Positions 25,039 through 38,313 of a stretch of 64,000 bases of DNA are shown here, piece by piece. Under the pieces are notes generated by a model. That model saw nothing but the letters and a program-made list of their open reading frames with translations. It did no database searches and was not told where the DNA came from. The DNA lies in NCBI GenBank assembly GCA_964188305.1, contig OZ076897.1, one strand, 5' to 3'. Every line of letters begins with the position of its first letter. The stretch's first letter is position 1. The stretch comes from Podarcis bocagei. Taxonomy: Eukaryota. A program made the position numbers and the translations under genes.

Positions 25039-27557
25039 CTGAATAATACAAGGGGACACACAGAACACAAATGGAGGTTAAAATAATCCTGAAGCATTTC
25101 TTCTATAGCTCATTTATTAGATTAATTTTATTCCTTTACCATCCTTCCTCTCAACTGGGACCCCAAAGCAATGTACAACATCTCTAAAATAGAGTCAGTA
25201 CAAAATATTACATGAAACCCTATAAAAACTTCTTAGATAGCCTAACTATTGAGAATATTTATTTATTTTATAGGAAAAGATTAAAATACCTTTCTGTAAT
25301 CTGTATAAATTGGCAACCCTACTGAGTCATATCTTTCACTGTGGCAGAGAACATGGAACCTAAGCACAATATCTTTACAATGAATTCAAAATGTTTTAAT
25401 AATCACAGCAGCACCACAGGAATGCCATCTCTTTTCAAGCTTAGTGAAATCCATGCAATTATTGACCTTCTATCCCATTAATCCAAAAGTCTGAATGTCT
25501 ACTTTAGAAAATGCTCCTGACATTTATCTCTTTAAACCATGCTATTCTTTGCTATCTATTTAGTACAACCTAAGCAACCAAAATGAAGCTACTTTAATTT
25601 TCTGGATGTCATAAATTGATTCTCCCCCCCCCTCCATTTCTGAAGTAAAGAAATCATATTTCCAGAATAACAGGGAATCAACATTTCACAAAGCACATAA
25701 CCCTAAATACTTAAGCATCTGAAGCATTCGTTACAGACAGGAGACAGAAAAATTAACATAGATTTGCCACCCTTGGTTTCAAATAAATGCTTCAGACTGA
25801 TATCCAGCTATTTCACAATCAGCAAAGGAAGAAGCCATTTAAAATTTAAGCTCAGTAATTGATTTTCCCCCTTTTGATTCTATGAACGAACATGCCATAT
25901 CATCTAGTAAAAAGACAAGGACCATTTATGACACAAACACCCATTAACTAAATTAGTGGGAAGTAATATTATGTTGTCACAATCTCTTCTTACAGCACAT
26001 CCAACAGTCAAGAGTATTCTCAACTCAGCAGTGTTTTCAGGTAAGCATCTAAAAATCAGTATTACCCACAATCAGTGTGTTTCCTTACTATTACCGTACA
26101 GGCTTAAAAACAACAACAAAGATTCCTGGACAAATTTAAGGGCTGCAACGCATACAGTACAATTAAATCCCACTTCAACACGCTCAAAGTTAGTGGGGGA
26201 AATTGTTCTGTATATGAGTGAGAACTGGACTATTAGAATTATAGTGCTTAATTTGTGTGCCAGCCTTTACTCTGGTTCCGCTACATCTCGAGGAGCCACG
26301 TTCTAAACTGGATGCTGCTCCCATTACAGAGCTTGAAGGTGGTGGCATCTCCTGCTCTGAAATCTATACTTCTGTTCCCGTGCTTAGCTGCCCTTTATAA
26401 ATGTATGCATACAATTGTCCATAAATGAGTCCTGTTAACCCAACTACAATTTTTCATTTTATGGTTTGGCGGGGGGGGGGGGAGAGCTAAACAGGCTTTT
26501 ACTACCTACACACGTACATACATCTCTCATGCACTAATCATTTATTTACTTGTACCATTAAATCTTCTCCTATCTCTTTCTGAAAACCTGAAGCACAGTA
26601 TATACCCCACTAGGAACTCTGCAGCAGACATTAGCTACAGATGTGTTGCATTAATAGGGGGAAAATACAAGTACAGTACAATTCTGTGGACTGTGAAACA
26701 TTTAAGTAGCCTTGGGTCCATGGATATACCATGCACAATTCTACAGTCACAGTTAAGGACACCGACAAATATAATATCAAAATAGCCTACTTCTTTCAGA
26801 ATCTGAACCAAGGTTCTTTGATAGATATTTAACTGCTAACGTTTTACACTCCTGTTAAATTTAGTAGTCAGAATGCTATTTTTTTGTGCTCAGCAACATA
26901 TGTACCGCAAATCAAAAGAAAACAAGCATACGGCAAACATAATAAATTCTGATATGCACAATAGTTTCTCCTTTTTCGTGCCCTCACATAGGCAGTTTCA
27001 AAGAGCCACAAGATGCTAAAAGTAACATTCATTTGTAAGCGGATAAAATTGATCTTGATTTTTTATATGGCCTAAATCGTAACACTGCAAGAATGTGCTT
27101 TTGGATAATGCATTTTGGGCACTTGCTGCTGTTTGTTTTTTTCAAACCCACCAAGTAAACTGAAGAGGGTCATGGCTTTGCAGAATACATATAGTTGTGA
27201 TCTTAACCAGGGAGAAAGCCAGGTACTCCCTGCACTGCTGCTACCCCACCCCACTCCCATCAAAAGCACAGTCCAGCTGCACAATCCCACAGGTCTGGCT
27301 TTCTGGACTAAGAGTTCAAAACATTACATTCAACAGTGCTTGCTACATGATATTCACTTAGAAAACTTTAGAGCTTGAAGGCTGCAAGCATTTTATGCTC
27401 ATTTAAACAGTGGCTCATTTCAAAGCATCTGAGATTTTATAGTAAAAGCAATTATAGATTACAACACATTAGTATTTAAAAGGACTCACTTTACTGCCTT
27501 GGGTTCCATAATGGAAAATAGCCAGGATATAAATGTAATGAAATAAGTAAAAGCATA

Positions 27558-27898
27558 AAAAACGTAAAGGACCCCTGACAGTTAAGTCCAGTTGTGAACG
27601 ACTCTGGGGTTGCGGCGCTCATCTCGCTTTACTGGCCGAGGGAGCCAATGTTTGTCCACAGACAGTTTTTCCGGGTCATGCGGCCAAACCACAGCAGTGC
27701 ACGGAAACACCATTTATCTTCCTGCCAGAGTGGTACCTATTTATCTACCTGCACTTTGACGTGCTTTCAATCTGCTAGGTTGGCAGGAGCTGGGACCGAG
27801 CAACGGGAGCTCACTCCATCATGGGGATTCGAACCTCTGACCTTTCGATCGGCAAGCCCTAGGCTCAGTGGTTTAGACCACAGCACCACCCACGTCCC
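27558..27898 (-). mobile_element. Sauria SINE (Squam1-type), essentially full length
   Basis: Minus-strand head GGGACGTGGGTGGTGCTGTGGTCTAAACC with B box GGTTCGAATCC, a Sauria-type 3' end, and a 13-bp TSD AAGTAAAAGCATA at 27545-27557 and 27899-27911. Confidence 0.92.
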
Positions 27899-29789
27899 AA
27901 GTAAAAGCATATACAATCTCAATCATCCTTAAATTGGCCCTGCAAAGTAGGTTAGTTTGTCCCCATACTGTAAGTCAGTCGGCTACAACAAGACATGGTA
28001 GATTGCCTAAGGCTATGTAGTGAGTTTATGGCAGAGGCAAAGTTAGCCAGACAAATCAGACCTAGAGCTCATAGCCAAAAACTGTCTGTACATAACAGCT
28101 TTCAAACCTGAAGTTGTGAAATTAGGGCTGTCACCTTATTAGTTGATTGGCTGAGGCTTTTAAAATAGATTAAATCTGTTTATGAATGAATCAATAATTT
28201 ATTACGGAAGGGAAGCACATATTTTAGTTGATACATGTAGTGATCAGAGAAGGCATCATCCCAGAAGAGGCACAAAGAAGTGTGGTTTTTGTATAAACGT
28301 GAATTCTTAATTCTCCGTGTGTATTGCCCAACTGATCAGGGACAACATTTCAGTCAATCAAAGAGTTTATTGTTGCTTAAGAACGGACTAGAATCTGCAG
28401 CCTTGCGTGACATTTAATAATGCCAGCCTTTGCCTATCACTAATTAGGTGTTGCAAGTTATGGCTAACCAATGCCTATAAAAACGATTCATCAAGCATTG
28501 TTCAGCCATTCTTCTTTGCATATGTACTTCCATTATGCATCATATCAAAGGCTTAACCAAAATGTTATTGATTACTTTTGCAAAACCTCAACACTAGGTA
28601 ACTTCTGTCTGCAGTTTGTTATAGAGATCTGAATGGCTCATTGAGCATGACTTCCACATACGCAGGCAATCCTACTTTCTGAAAGAACATGAGATAAGGT
28701 TACCCTAATCCTGTCAAAGAATTACACTATTTTGCTTTCCTTTTTATCCTCTCAAATATCCCCCCTAGTTAAGAAATTAACATTCTCTCTCATACAATTC
28801 TTACAGAAATTGTACTTTTACTTTTCGGCATCTCTTGTTAATTACATGATGTTATCTGTTATAATCTATTCATGAACCACAGATAACTTTGGCTACCAAT
28901 AAAAGAGAAAACTTAGCATAAATTGCTTAGCACAAAGTTAATCTTATAAAGCAAGGCATAAAGAGGATCTAACAGCTATTATATGACTTATCAGCTTTCC
29001 TAAAAGGGTCACTCTATACTTTTTTTCAAAGAGACTAATTAAATACCTTAACAATGTCATTGAAACTTCACGAATCTTTCAATAAATTACACCCTGTCTC
29101 TACAACATGTTTTCATTTATTAATCTCACTTAACATGCAAAGAGGCTAGAAGAATGCCACTGACACCAAAGTAGGGATACTCTGTTAATTCTTATTAAAA
29201 ATTGTATAAATGTAAAGAATCAGTGACTATAACCTATGGCATGATTAAAACTATAGCCATCTGTCACAAAATGTTAATCCTCTTACTTTAGCATCCACTG
29301 GACTTTGGCTTTTTTGGGGTAAATGACCTTAGTTCAATTCAATCACCACAGGGTAAGATGCACACAGAAATATAACATGCAGATCCTTTCAACGTAAGAT
29401 TGGCTCCACAGCCATCATGTTCTCAGCAAACCACCATGCTCAAATGCATAGTGGCTTTGGGCTTCATCATAAGCTTAATTTTTTTCATTTGACTGAGTTC
29501 TGCACCAATTAGATGCATGCAAAAAGGAAGCAGGGTCCAGTCTCTGGTTCTTATACCCAAGGGTGACTTACTGTATGTGGAAGAAGAAGTATTTTAAAGT
29601 AGGTGAAATTCTAGATTGCTTTTTGGGATGACAAGCATTCCCATTTCTGGAGGGGAAATGACTAAAACCATTTGGAGCATGGAGTCACTAATATTTAGAT
29701 GAATTTGAGCTCTGTCTCTCCACACAAACTGAATCAGGGGAGGTTGTACAAGTGCTGGAATCTGGAGGCAGTGATGCGCTGGAGAAAGC

Positions 29790-30620
29790 CTAATAAACTG
29801 AGGCTGAATCCTAACAAGACTGTATGTTAGATGGCTTTGGGGTTTTAGAATTAAACAGCAGCCAGTTTTGGATGGGGTAGTTCTCCCCATAAAATGATAT
29901 GTGTGTAGTCTGTGTGTATTCCTAGATCCTAAGTTGTTACTGGAGACACAGGGTTGCCTCAGTGGCAAGGAGTGGCAATGCCCAGCTCTGGCTGGTTAGC
30001 CAACTCAGGTCATTCTTTAACCAGCATAATCTAGGTACAGTAGTTCCCAGCTGGAGCACTGCAATGGGGTCTATTGCAATGGGGTTATGTGAGAAGCTGC
30101 AGCTGATGCAGAATGCTGCTGTCCATTTGTTATCTGGAGCAGTAAAATGGGAACACGTTACACTAATCCTGAGCGCACTGCAGTGTTGGTACTAATACAC
30201 TTGAGATCTGCTCAGGTGGCCCTGCTTACGGTACCCTTCATGAATATGGCCTGTGAGGAGAGAGACTCCATCAGGCAAGGCCTCCTTCCACCTGCCTTGC
30301 TCCACCTTCTAGTCTCTGCTTCTCAATTTGTATAGTATTATTTTATGTACTGTGGCTTGCTGTTGTTTTATTGATTATGGTTTAGAAATTATTTATTGTA
30401 GCTGTTAAGTGGATTTCTGTTTAACTTTTATATGTTGTTATTATTTAATACTATTCTAATGATTCTTGAACATTACTTTTTTGATGTAGGTTGCCAATTT
30501 TAACACATTTTTGTATTGTATTAGATTGTTATAAAATGTACATTTTTTGTTTCTTCAGCTTGTAAACTGCCTTGAGCATTGTAAGATAGAAAGATGGTAT
30601 ACAAATTTAAAAAAACAAAA
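29790..30620 (+). mobile_element. Degraded L2-clade LINE 3' portion
   Basis: Remnant peptides RLNP.KT and KLQLMQNAAVHLLSG..EHVTLILSALQ (L2 ORF2 C-terminus), then an AT-rich 3'UTR and tail. Confidence 0.75.
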
Positions 30621-33600
30621 AACTATATGGCCCAGGGGGAAACTACATGAAGCTAGGCCTCCCGCAATGGCTAGTTGTCCCCAATATTGTTTTACTTCTG
30701 TGAGAGTTTAAGACCTGTTTTTGCAAGCCTTTGGAGTATAGTATGAGAGGCCCTACTGTATATTACTGTTATACGATACTGTACATTGTATTTTATTGGA
30801 GAGTTGTGCTTTTAACCTGGAGGAGGTGAGTATAAGGAGGTTTAAAAACTGGAACTGGCTATAACTTTTAAAATTATTACAATGCAATAACAAATGAAGA
30901 ATTAACGCTTCAGCTATGAATTTTAAAGAAATGTTTCTGAAGTTGGGCACTTTTTTGTGTTGCGTTAAAGGAATACTGTTAGCCATTCTGGGCTCGTGTG
31001 ATAGGAAGAAATAAAATATTAATACCAGCACACATTTTTGCTGGAACTGTGCATCTGGGGAAATGGAAAGATTATATATTAGACCTCAACAGAATTTGAA
31101 ACCAGGGTTTTTTGGATGGTGGAAGGGAACAAGAGAACAAAAATATACTTCTATCCAGAATTCACCAAGCACAATGATGTGCCTCTTCTTTTGTTGCCAG
31201 CACTTCTTACTCATAAGGTATACTACTTCCAAATATGGAGGCTCTCAGGGCAAATATCCACTAAAAGATATCCTACATAAATTTGTATTCTTTTTTAAAG
31301 ACATCTTATAGTAATAATAGTGGTAGTAGCAGTAGTAGTGGTGGTGGTAATGCTTCCTGTTTCACTGTACAAGAAATTTGTACATGAATCATTACCCTTA
31401 GTAGTTTAGGGTCCTGCACTGTTCCTGCTTAAATTTTATTTAAAACACACACACACCAATCCACAAGCTAAACATGCCTATTCCCAACATCCTATTCCAT
31501 ACTGAACTACATGTTTCCTCAGATCATTAGCAAACATTCCTGCATACTGAAAGCAATGCATGGTATATTACGGGATCTTGATCACCAGGGACCCCTAATA
31601 TATTCCTGGGGAGGTTTATAATCCACCCCCAGCTCCTGACTATTTTAGACGCACTGTAGATTGAAGGGCAAAAGTGAGGTCACATTTATTTCAACACTTC
31701 TGTAGCATAGCGCTTTTGTGAATTCTGATGTTCTGGGATTTGTTTTTGTGTGTGTTTGTAACGGTTGCATCTGTCACGTGAAAGAGTGGACAACTGTTAA
31801 TTCAGCTTCATTTTACCGTTTGTAAGATCATGTGGAAAAAACACAACAAGGGAAAGGGTTGCTTCATTTTTAGAAGTCTTCTTTGCCGCTCTTGTTTAAT
31901 AGCTGTTACCATCATATTTAGCTTCTGCTGCTCCTCCTGCAGATGGGAATTCACTGATATGATTAAATTTGATGGTATGATAATGTATGGTAATAGTGAT
32001 TAATCAGAAGCCCACTAGCAAATGGAGGGTGTTTGTTATTATGTCACCTGCATTTTAAATTGCATTTTCCCTCTGCCAGCCTGACACTGTTTGACAGCGT
32101 ATAGAGTGGGGGGGGGGGTGTTTGGAAATCTTGCACTACATCTGCTTGCTACTACTTATAGATTTGATAAGAGAAAACACTCATCACTCTGTCACTATTG
32201 TAAGTGTTGCAATTATAGGGCTGCGCGGATGAGTTGTGAAAATGGCAAGTCCTCATAAGGAAAGCTTGCCAGTAGATGCTGAGGAAGCTCAGTTGCACAT
32301 CTGTAGGGGCTATAATAGGAGAGAAATGTAATTTGATTCAGCAGTCTCATTCAAACATGATTTGCATGAAATGCTGTATAAAGCTCTATCCAAGAAATGT
32401 CAATCATGACCACCTGATACCTTGTATCATGTTAAAAAGAAAACAAAATGCTTTCCAGACTATGTGGGATTCGCCACCGCTGCTGCACAGTAATAGAGTG
32501 AAAATTTCATTTACTGCTGCTCTTCTAACAGCACCGCCATAGCAAAAGCACAATCACTGCTGCAGCAACACAGAAGGGGTGTTCCCCCCCCAATGCTATT
32601 TGATATCTAACGTCTAAACAAATATTATTGCTACAATCACGTAATACGTAATCTCTCAAATGCTCAAAATAATGTCGGTCACAAGACACTCTTGAAAATG
32701 TACTTATTATAAAGGCCTATTCACAAATTATATTTCATCGGAACATCTGTATGTGTAAAACAGCATCCCCCAATCTTCTACTCTCCAGGTGTTTTGTACT
32801 ACAACTCTCATCCACCCCAGTCAACACAGCTGCATACTGAGCCAAATACAGACTCTTGGCTTCCATAATGTGTGGAAAAGGTTCTTAGACAACTGAAAAA
32901 GCAAGCCCCTCAACTACTAGAATGAATGATTTATTAATTCTGTGGTCTTTCCCAAGAGGAATTTATCTTGATCAACCATTTCTAACGGAGCTAGGGAGGA
33001 ACATACTGCTAGTCATTTTGGATAAGGTCAAGAACTTCTTGTTTTATTATACTACAAAAATTAAAGGTGACATAGAAGAAAAAACCCTAATTTAAACAAC
33101 TATGTAAACATATGCTCATATGATGTAATGAAGAGACACATATGCAGCACTGGGAATGCAAACGTGTAAAAAACAAAACAATATTGAAATGATTTCTTTG
33201 AGTTGCAGTAACTTGGGCTGTCTAAAATTTTCTAAATGCACTGAAAAGCCGTTAGTGTCAGAACTGTGCTCATGGAGTTTGAAAGAAACGTCTACCAGTC
33301 TGAAGGCAAACACACTTCCAAGTGGCTGGTCACGGTGACATGTTATCCAAAATTAACAGATCATTGTTATGGACCCAATTCAGGAGATCATCTAAGCTGC
33401 AGAAGAAATCCTCTAAGCTATGTCCTGAGGCTCCCTTTCTGTGGAATGAAGAAGGAAAGCTTCTACTCTCATTTTTGAAGAAGAACTGCAATTCTGCATT
33501 ATGTGTGAATTTGGGGAGCTGTTATTTATTCTAACGAAAGTCGGTCCACAAACCGGGTGGGACGGGACTACAATTTCATGAGAGAAACATGGAATCCTGA

Positions 33601-34904
33601 CTTCCAAACTAGTAAGCTATTTGCTATTAGAATTCAATCCATAATTGACTGGCTACAGAAAGGCAGGACTTTTTTTCTACTTTTCTTCAGTTTAGGCTCA
33701 GTAATGATGCTGTTTTACTCCTCCCTCTCCCCTCAACTTCTGGCAGCAGTGCATGGCAGGAATAGCAAAATGGCAGCCCACAGATTAAGGCTGGCCTCTC
33801 AAGCACCTTCTGGCCTCCAAAGGACCTACCAAATGTGTGATTAAACAACACATTCTACTAGTTTTACAATGTCACCTGCAATCTGGAAAAACAAAAATCA
33901 CCATACCACCAGCCTGACATTTCAGGAGATCTTTCAGGAACTACATTCGTTCCGCAGCACTTGTTTCCTCTCAGTAACATCATATCAGCAAAGCTCATGT
34001 GCTCTGCATCTGAATACCCTACAAGGCAATGCCAACTCAATTATAGAACTGGATCGTCCATGGGTCACTGTTTGCACCTCTGAACAAAATACAAGCAGCA
34101 ACCAAGAATATGGACTAGTCATCCTTGGCCCCCCGCAATAATTTATTCTATAGGCATTATGCAGTTCATCTAATAATGGCTATGCATATATTATACTCAT
34201 TTTTTTAAAAAAAAAGTTTCAAGTTTTGTTGACTGGCATTATCTACAACTTGAGTGTTTTTCAGAATGAAATGCGACTGATGTGTAACAACTATCAAGTT
34301 CCTATTTCAAATGGGCAGTTGCTCTACAAAAACCTTGCCTTAGTTTGGTAAAAAGTAAGGCTGACTCATTCCTTATATGCATCCATTTTCTGTAAAATTA
34401 GATAAATGAAAATACTTCAACCACAGGATTCAAAGCATTTTTGGCATGTAATACAGATTTATGCAATAATTGCAACGACTATTAGTAATCCCTCACAGAA
34501 AAAACAGACACAATAATTGATTATGTAAGGAAAACTAATCATCCTATTAAAAGACCATGGATGGTACAAATCCACTCTCACATTTTGAGGTGTACATTTT
34601 CTACTTGCAACTAATTTTTTGTCTTAGAATCTACGGTCAAGCAGACAGGCTGTGCATATATGAACAATTATTTTATAGCTAGTTTTCCTAAAGCTTCTTT
34701 AAGTATTCAAAGGGAACTCGAAACACGTGGTCCTTCCACAGTCTGGAAACAATACCCATCTGGGAATTTAAGAGCATGGCATCAACAATACACAACTGAC
34801 ACCCAACAAGATCTCTCCCTACCATCATAACCAGGAAAGATTGTGCAAATGCAGTATAGGAGGCAGGGATGTACAGGGCGAGTCAATAAACTGACTTCCT
34901 GGCA

Positions 34905-35195
34905 TTATGTGAATGGCTGGTTCTTGGATCCATTAATTAGTAGCCAGTCAGTTCAGGATGGAGTAGCAGTCCCCATGAAAGAAGAGGTGTGCAGTCTAGG
35001 GATACTCCAAGATACCAAGCCATCACTGGAGGCCCAAGTGGTCACAGTGGTGAGGAGTGCCTATGCCCAGCTTCAGCTACTACACTACCTTCAAACATTC
35101 TTAGATAAGGACAACCTTGATACTATAGCTCATATTATTCAGTAACCCAACTGGTATCAATGTGCTCTACATGGGGATATCCCTGAAGATGGCAA
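34905..35195 (+). mobile_element. Degraded L2 LINE ORF2 fragment
   Basis: ORF 34843..35145 (VCSLGILQD..SLEAQVVTVVRSAYAQLQLL..L..FLD) is typical of the L2 RT C-terminal region. Confidence 0.75.
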
Positions 35196-35758
35196 GGACT
35201 GGCAAAGTGGGATTATATGACATAGATCTTGAGAAGAAGAACTAATGTCAGAGAAGTAAATCAATCAAGGAGAAAGAGAAAGTGTATTTTAGAAGCCAAA
35301 AATAAGAAAAGGGGGTAGAATTAGCCAGTGTCAACTCAACATCTGCTATTAAATGCTTAAAATAAGTACAAAACTAGTACAGATCTTTATATTTTCCAAG
35401 CACAACACATTTTAAGTATGACCTTTTTATTAAATTAGCATTCCTCCTATTTATATTGAAAAGACTGTAATGAACAGGAAAGTCATTTAAAAAAAAAAAT
35501 CATTGCACTTTTCTATTTTAACACTCCCCATTGGAGAGAGTGGCTCGACAATTTTACAATTAAACAAAATTAATTCTGCTCTCAGAAATTCATTGATCTT
35601 AAGCTTCTAACAAACATTTTCTACTGCACAGATCATTGTCAATATTTACAAAACCTTAAAATTATATTTCACTGGCACCGCTTTTATTTGCCATATTAAT
35701 ATTTCTTTGCAAATGTATGCTTATCCATATCAGAGAAGAAAAAACAGCTGCTACTCAC

Positions 35759-35817
35759 AGGAAATCTCTGGGGTCCTACAGCAGGTCTTGGCTGGTTTGG
35801 GACTGGCAGCAAGGGCA
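35759..35817 (-). CDS. RBM33: RBM33 coding exon 9 (59 nt): (V)PLLPVPNQPRPAVGPQRFP
   Basis: ttgtttttAG acceptor, CCT|GTGAGT donor. Matches VPLLPVPSQPRPAVGPQRFP. Confidence 0.94.
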
Positions 35818-36148
35818 CTAAAAACAAGGAGCACACCTTTTAAATCAATTTGTTTTAGCCAAGACTCTAGGCCATTTTTATAAGCAGTCATATTCATAGG
35901 CAGCTGCTTCCCTGTGCTTCCAAATAGCTGCAGGCAGGAAAAATTTACTAAGAGCATTCAACAGGGCAATTGGGATTCAGCTAGCAAAGGCAACACATGA
36001 ATTTTGTACAATTAAACAATATATGTGTGAATGAATGATCAATTATAAAGTTAACTTGTCATGTTGGTTCTGAAGTAGGTGTTACCCAATGACTGGACTT
36101 AAAAGATCACAAATAAAACAAATTGGTATCACTTCCAAGTATCAGGTA

Positions 36149-36402
36149 CAGTCACATCTCTGGTTGCAAACGGGATCCGTGCGGAAGGCACGTTCGCAAC
36201 ACACAGCGTTCACAGCCTGAAGCACCGCGTCTGTGCACGCGTGTGACGCGATTCAGTGCTTCTGCGCGTGACGTCATTTTGTACTTCTGCACATGCACGA
36301 GCGCTGAAACCCAGAAGTAACCCGTTCCAGTACTTCCGGGTGGGCGCAGTCCGCAACCTGAAAACGCACAATCTGCAGTGTTCATAACCCAAGGTATGAC
36401 TG
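36149..36402. mobile_element. TcMar-like MITE, subfamily B
   Basis: TA-CAGTCACATCT...AGGTATGACTG-TA. Homologous to 2338-2582. Confidence 0.85.
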
Positions 36403-36583
36403 TATTCAAAGAATCTAGATGATTTTGTAGTTCAAATACTGGAATGAATGGAAGGAGCGAAGCATGCTGAAATTTTAAAGTCAGCATTCGATACACACAC
36501 ACTTGCTGGACTTGCCTGAGTGAAAAATGTTTTGATTTAATGGAAATGTTCTCTATATGCTGGCAGTAAACGCCAAGGCAGTA

Positions 36584-36814
36584 CAGTTGTACCCTGGATC
36601 TCGAATGCCTTGGCTCCCGAACAAATCAGCTCCCAAATGATCGAAACCCGGAGTGTTCCAATTTTCGAATGTTCTTTTGGAAGTCGAACATCCGATGGGG
36701 CCTCTGATTGGCTGCAGAAGCTTCCTTCCTGCAGCCAATCAGAAGCCGCGCTTTGGTTTTGGAAGTCGATCAAACTTCAAGAACGGATTCCAATCAACTT
36801 TCAAGGTACGACTG
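36584..36814. mobile_element. TcMar-like MITE, subfamily D
   Basis: TA-CAGTTGTACC...GGTACGACTG-TA, with an internal hairpin TCTGATTGGCTGCAG/CTGCAGCCAATCAGA. Confidence 0.85.
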
Positions 36815-37085
36815 TATATATTTGACGGAATAGACCCCTTTCCCCAACTTCAGCTATACCCCATCCCTTTCATACAAGCACACCTCTGCAGTAAAACAGC
36901 AGTACATGCAGAATAATCACAGAATTTTACTCTGTGAACCACCCTGAGACCCCCGGGTATAGGGCAGCATATAAATTATCATCATCATCATCACCACATG
37001 TGAATTGTACTTACAGAACTGGAGGGGACTGCTCCAGGACAAAATTATAGGCTGTTTATAGTGTTGCTTTCTGACAAAATCTCAC

Positions 37086-37277
37086 CTTGTACAGGCGTTA
37101 CTACAGTTCCTTTGAAGTGTGGGTTTATATGTATGTTTTTTGGCTGCTGAGATGTAACTGGAGGAGGATTCATCATCATTCTTGGTGCTTCTAGCTGGGG
37201 TGGCATATGCATCCCTTGAGGCGGAGGTGGCGTATGAAGCTGAGGGGGAATGGGTAACAGACCCTGCAACTGTTGTT

Positions 37278-37309
<32 letters not shown>

Positions 37310-37377
37310 CGCTGCTGCTGCTGCTGGAAGAGATTCCTAATGGGCTGTTGATGACGAAATATCCTTTCCGAATGTGT
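37086..37377 (-). CDS. RBM33: RBM33 coding exon 8 (292 nt): THSERIFRHQQPIRNLF-Q5RQ13-LQGLLP...PKNIHINPHFKGTVVTPVQ
   Basis: ttctgtttAG acceptor, G|GTGAGA donor. Contains the conserved KNIHINPHFKG motif. Confidence 0.93.
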
Positions 37378-38092
37378 CTAAACAGAAAACACAGAAAATC
37401 ATGTTTGCTTGAAATTGTAATCACCTTAATTTTTTTTAAAAAACAAGAGGCATCCCCTGAGACTACTGACTACACAAACTCCTGGAAGTTTGATATTCAC
37501 AGGCTTATGAGCCATGATAGCTAAATGGAAACTCCATGTACACAGGAAGCCCAATGTGTGGGGAGGGAGAGGCACCAGCAGCAGACAAGCCATTGCCATC
37601 AAGCTCTACTTAGCAGCTTCTCAGAAGGTGGAGGCTTTCAGCATCATGATTATAGTAGCTACCAATCCCATTACTTTACGTTCTCCCACCAGAATGTTCT
37701 CCCACTTAGAATGCTACTACTGCAAACTTACCCAGCCTCGTATCTACTCTTGATATAAAAGCTACAGCAGCTTTCTGCACTACATGGGAGCCTCACTGGA
37801 AACTCAGCAAAGTTAAAAGCAGTTTTTGACTACTCCTAAAATAGCTTTCCCCCCCCCCCACCCCGGCAAGAACTTGGGGCACAGGATCTCTCAGAAACCT
37901 CAGGATGGGGCAGTGGAGGAACCATGCTCGTGTATATGTTCTGCCAACAGTGGCTTGGACTTGCATTCCCATCAATAAATGAACTATTGAATTCAACCTT
38001 AAGCAGCTTAATGCAGTCAGTGTTTTCAACAATTTTGCTTAAATAACTAAAATTCACCAACCCTGACCACCATAATCATTGCATTTGGATAC

Positions 38093-38313
38093 CGTAACAG
38101 ATGTCTGGGTCGACAGCAACGCAGGCCTGTGATCCTTCATTCTTCCCCTTTCATTGTTGTCTCTTCTTTGTTCTCCCATCCCACGACACATTAAAGGCCC
38201 TCCTCTCCTTCCTCCTCCTCCTCCTCCTCTTCTTGAGCCATAACGGCCCTGCTTCATTTGCCTTTCCCTCTCTTCAAATTCAAATAACGCTGCTTTGGCT
38301 TCTGCAGAAAGTT
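38093..38313 (-). CDS. RBM33: RBM33 coding exon 7 (221 nt): (E)LSAEAKAALFEFEERERQMKQGRYGSRRGGGGGGRRGGPLMCRG...RPALLSTQTSVT
   Basis: TAG acceptor, ACG|GTATCC donor (weak but in phase). Encodes an RGG-rich segment. Overlaps ORF 38054..38257. Confidence 0.9.

Noticed and set aside
37273-37524. Poly-Leu signal-peptide-like ORF
   Set aside because: It is the antisense of the exon-8 polyQ tract.
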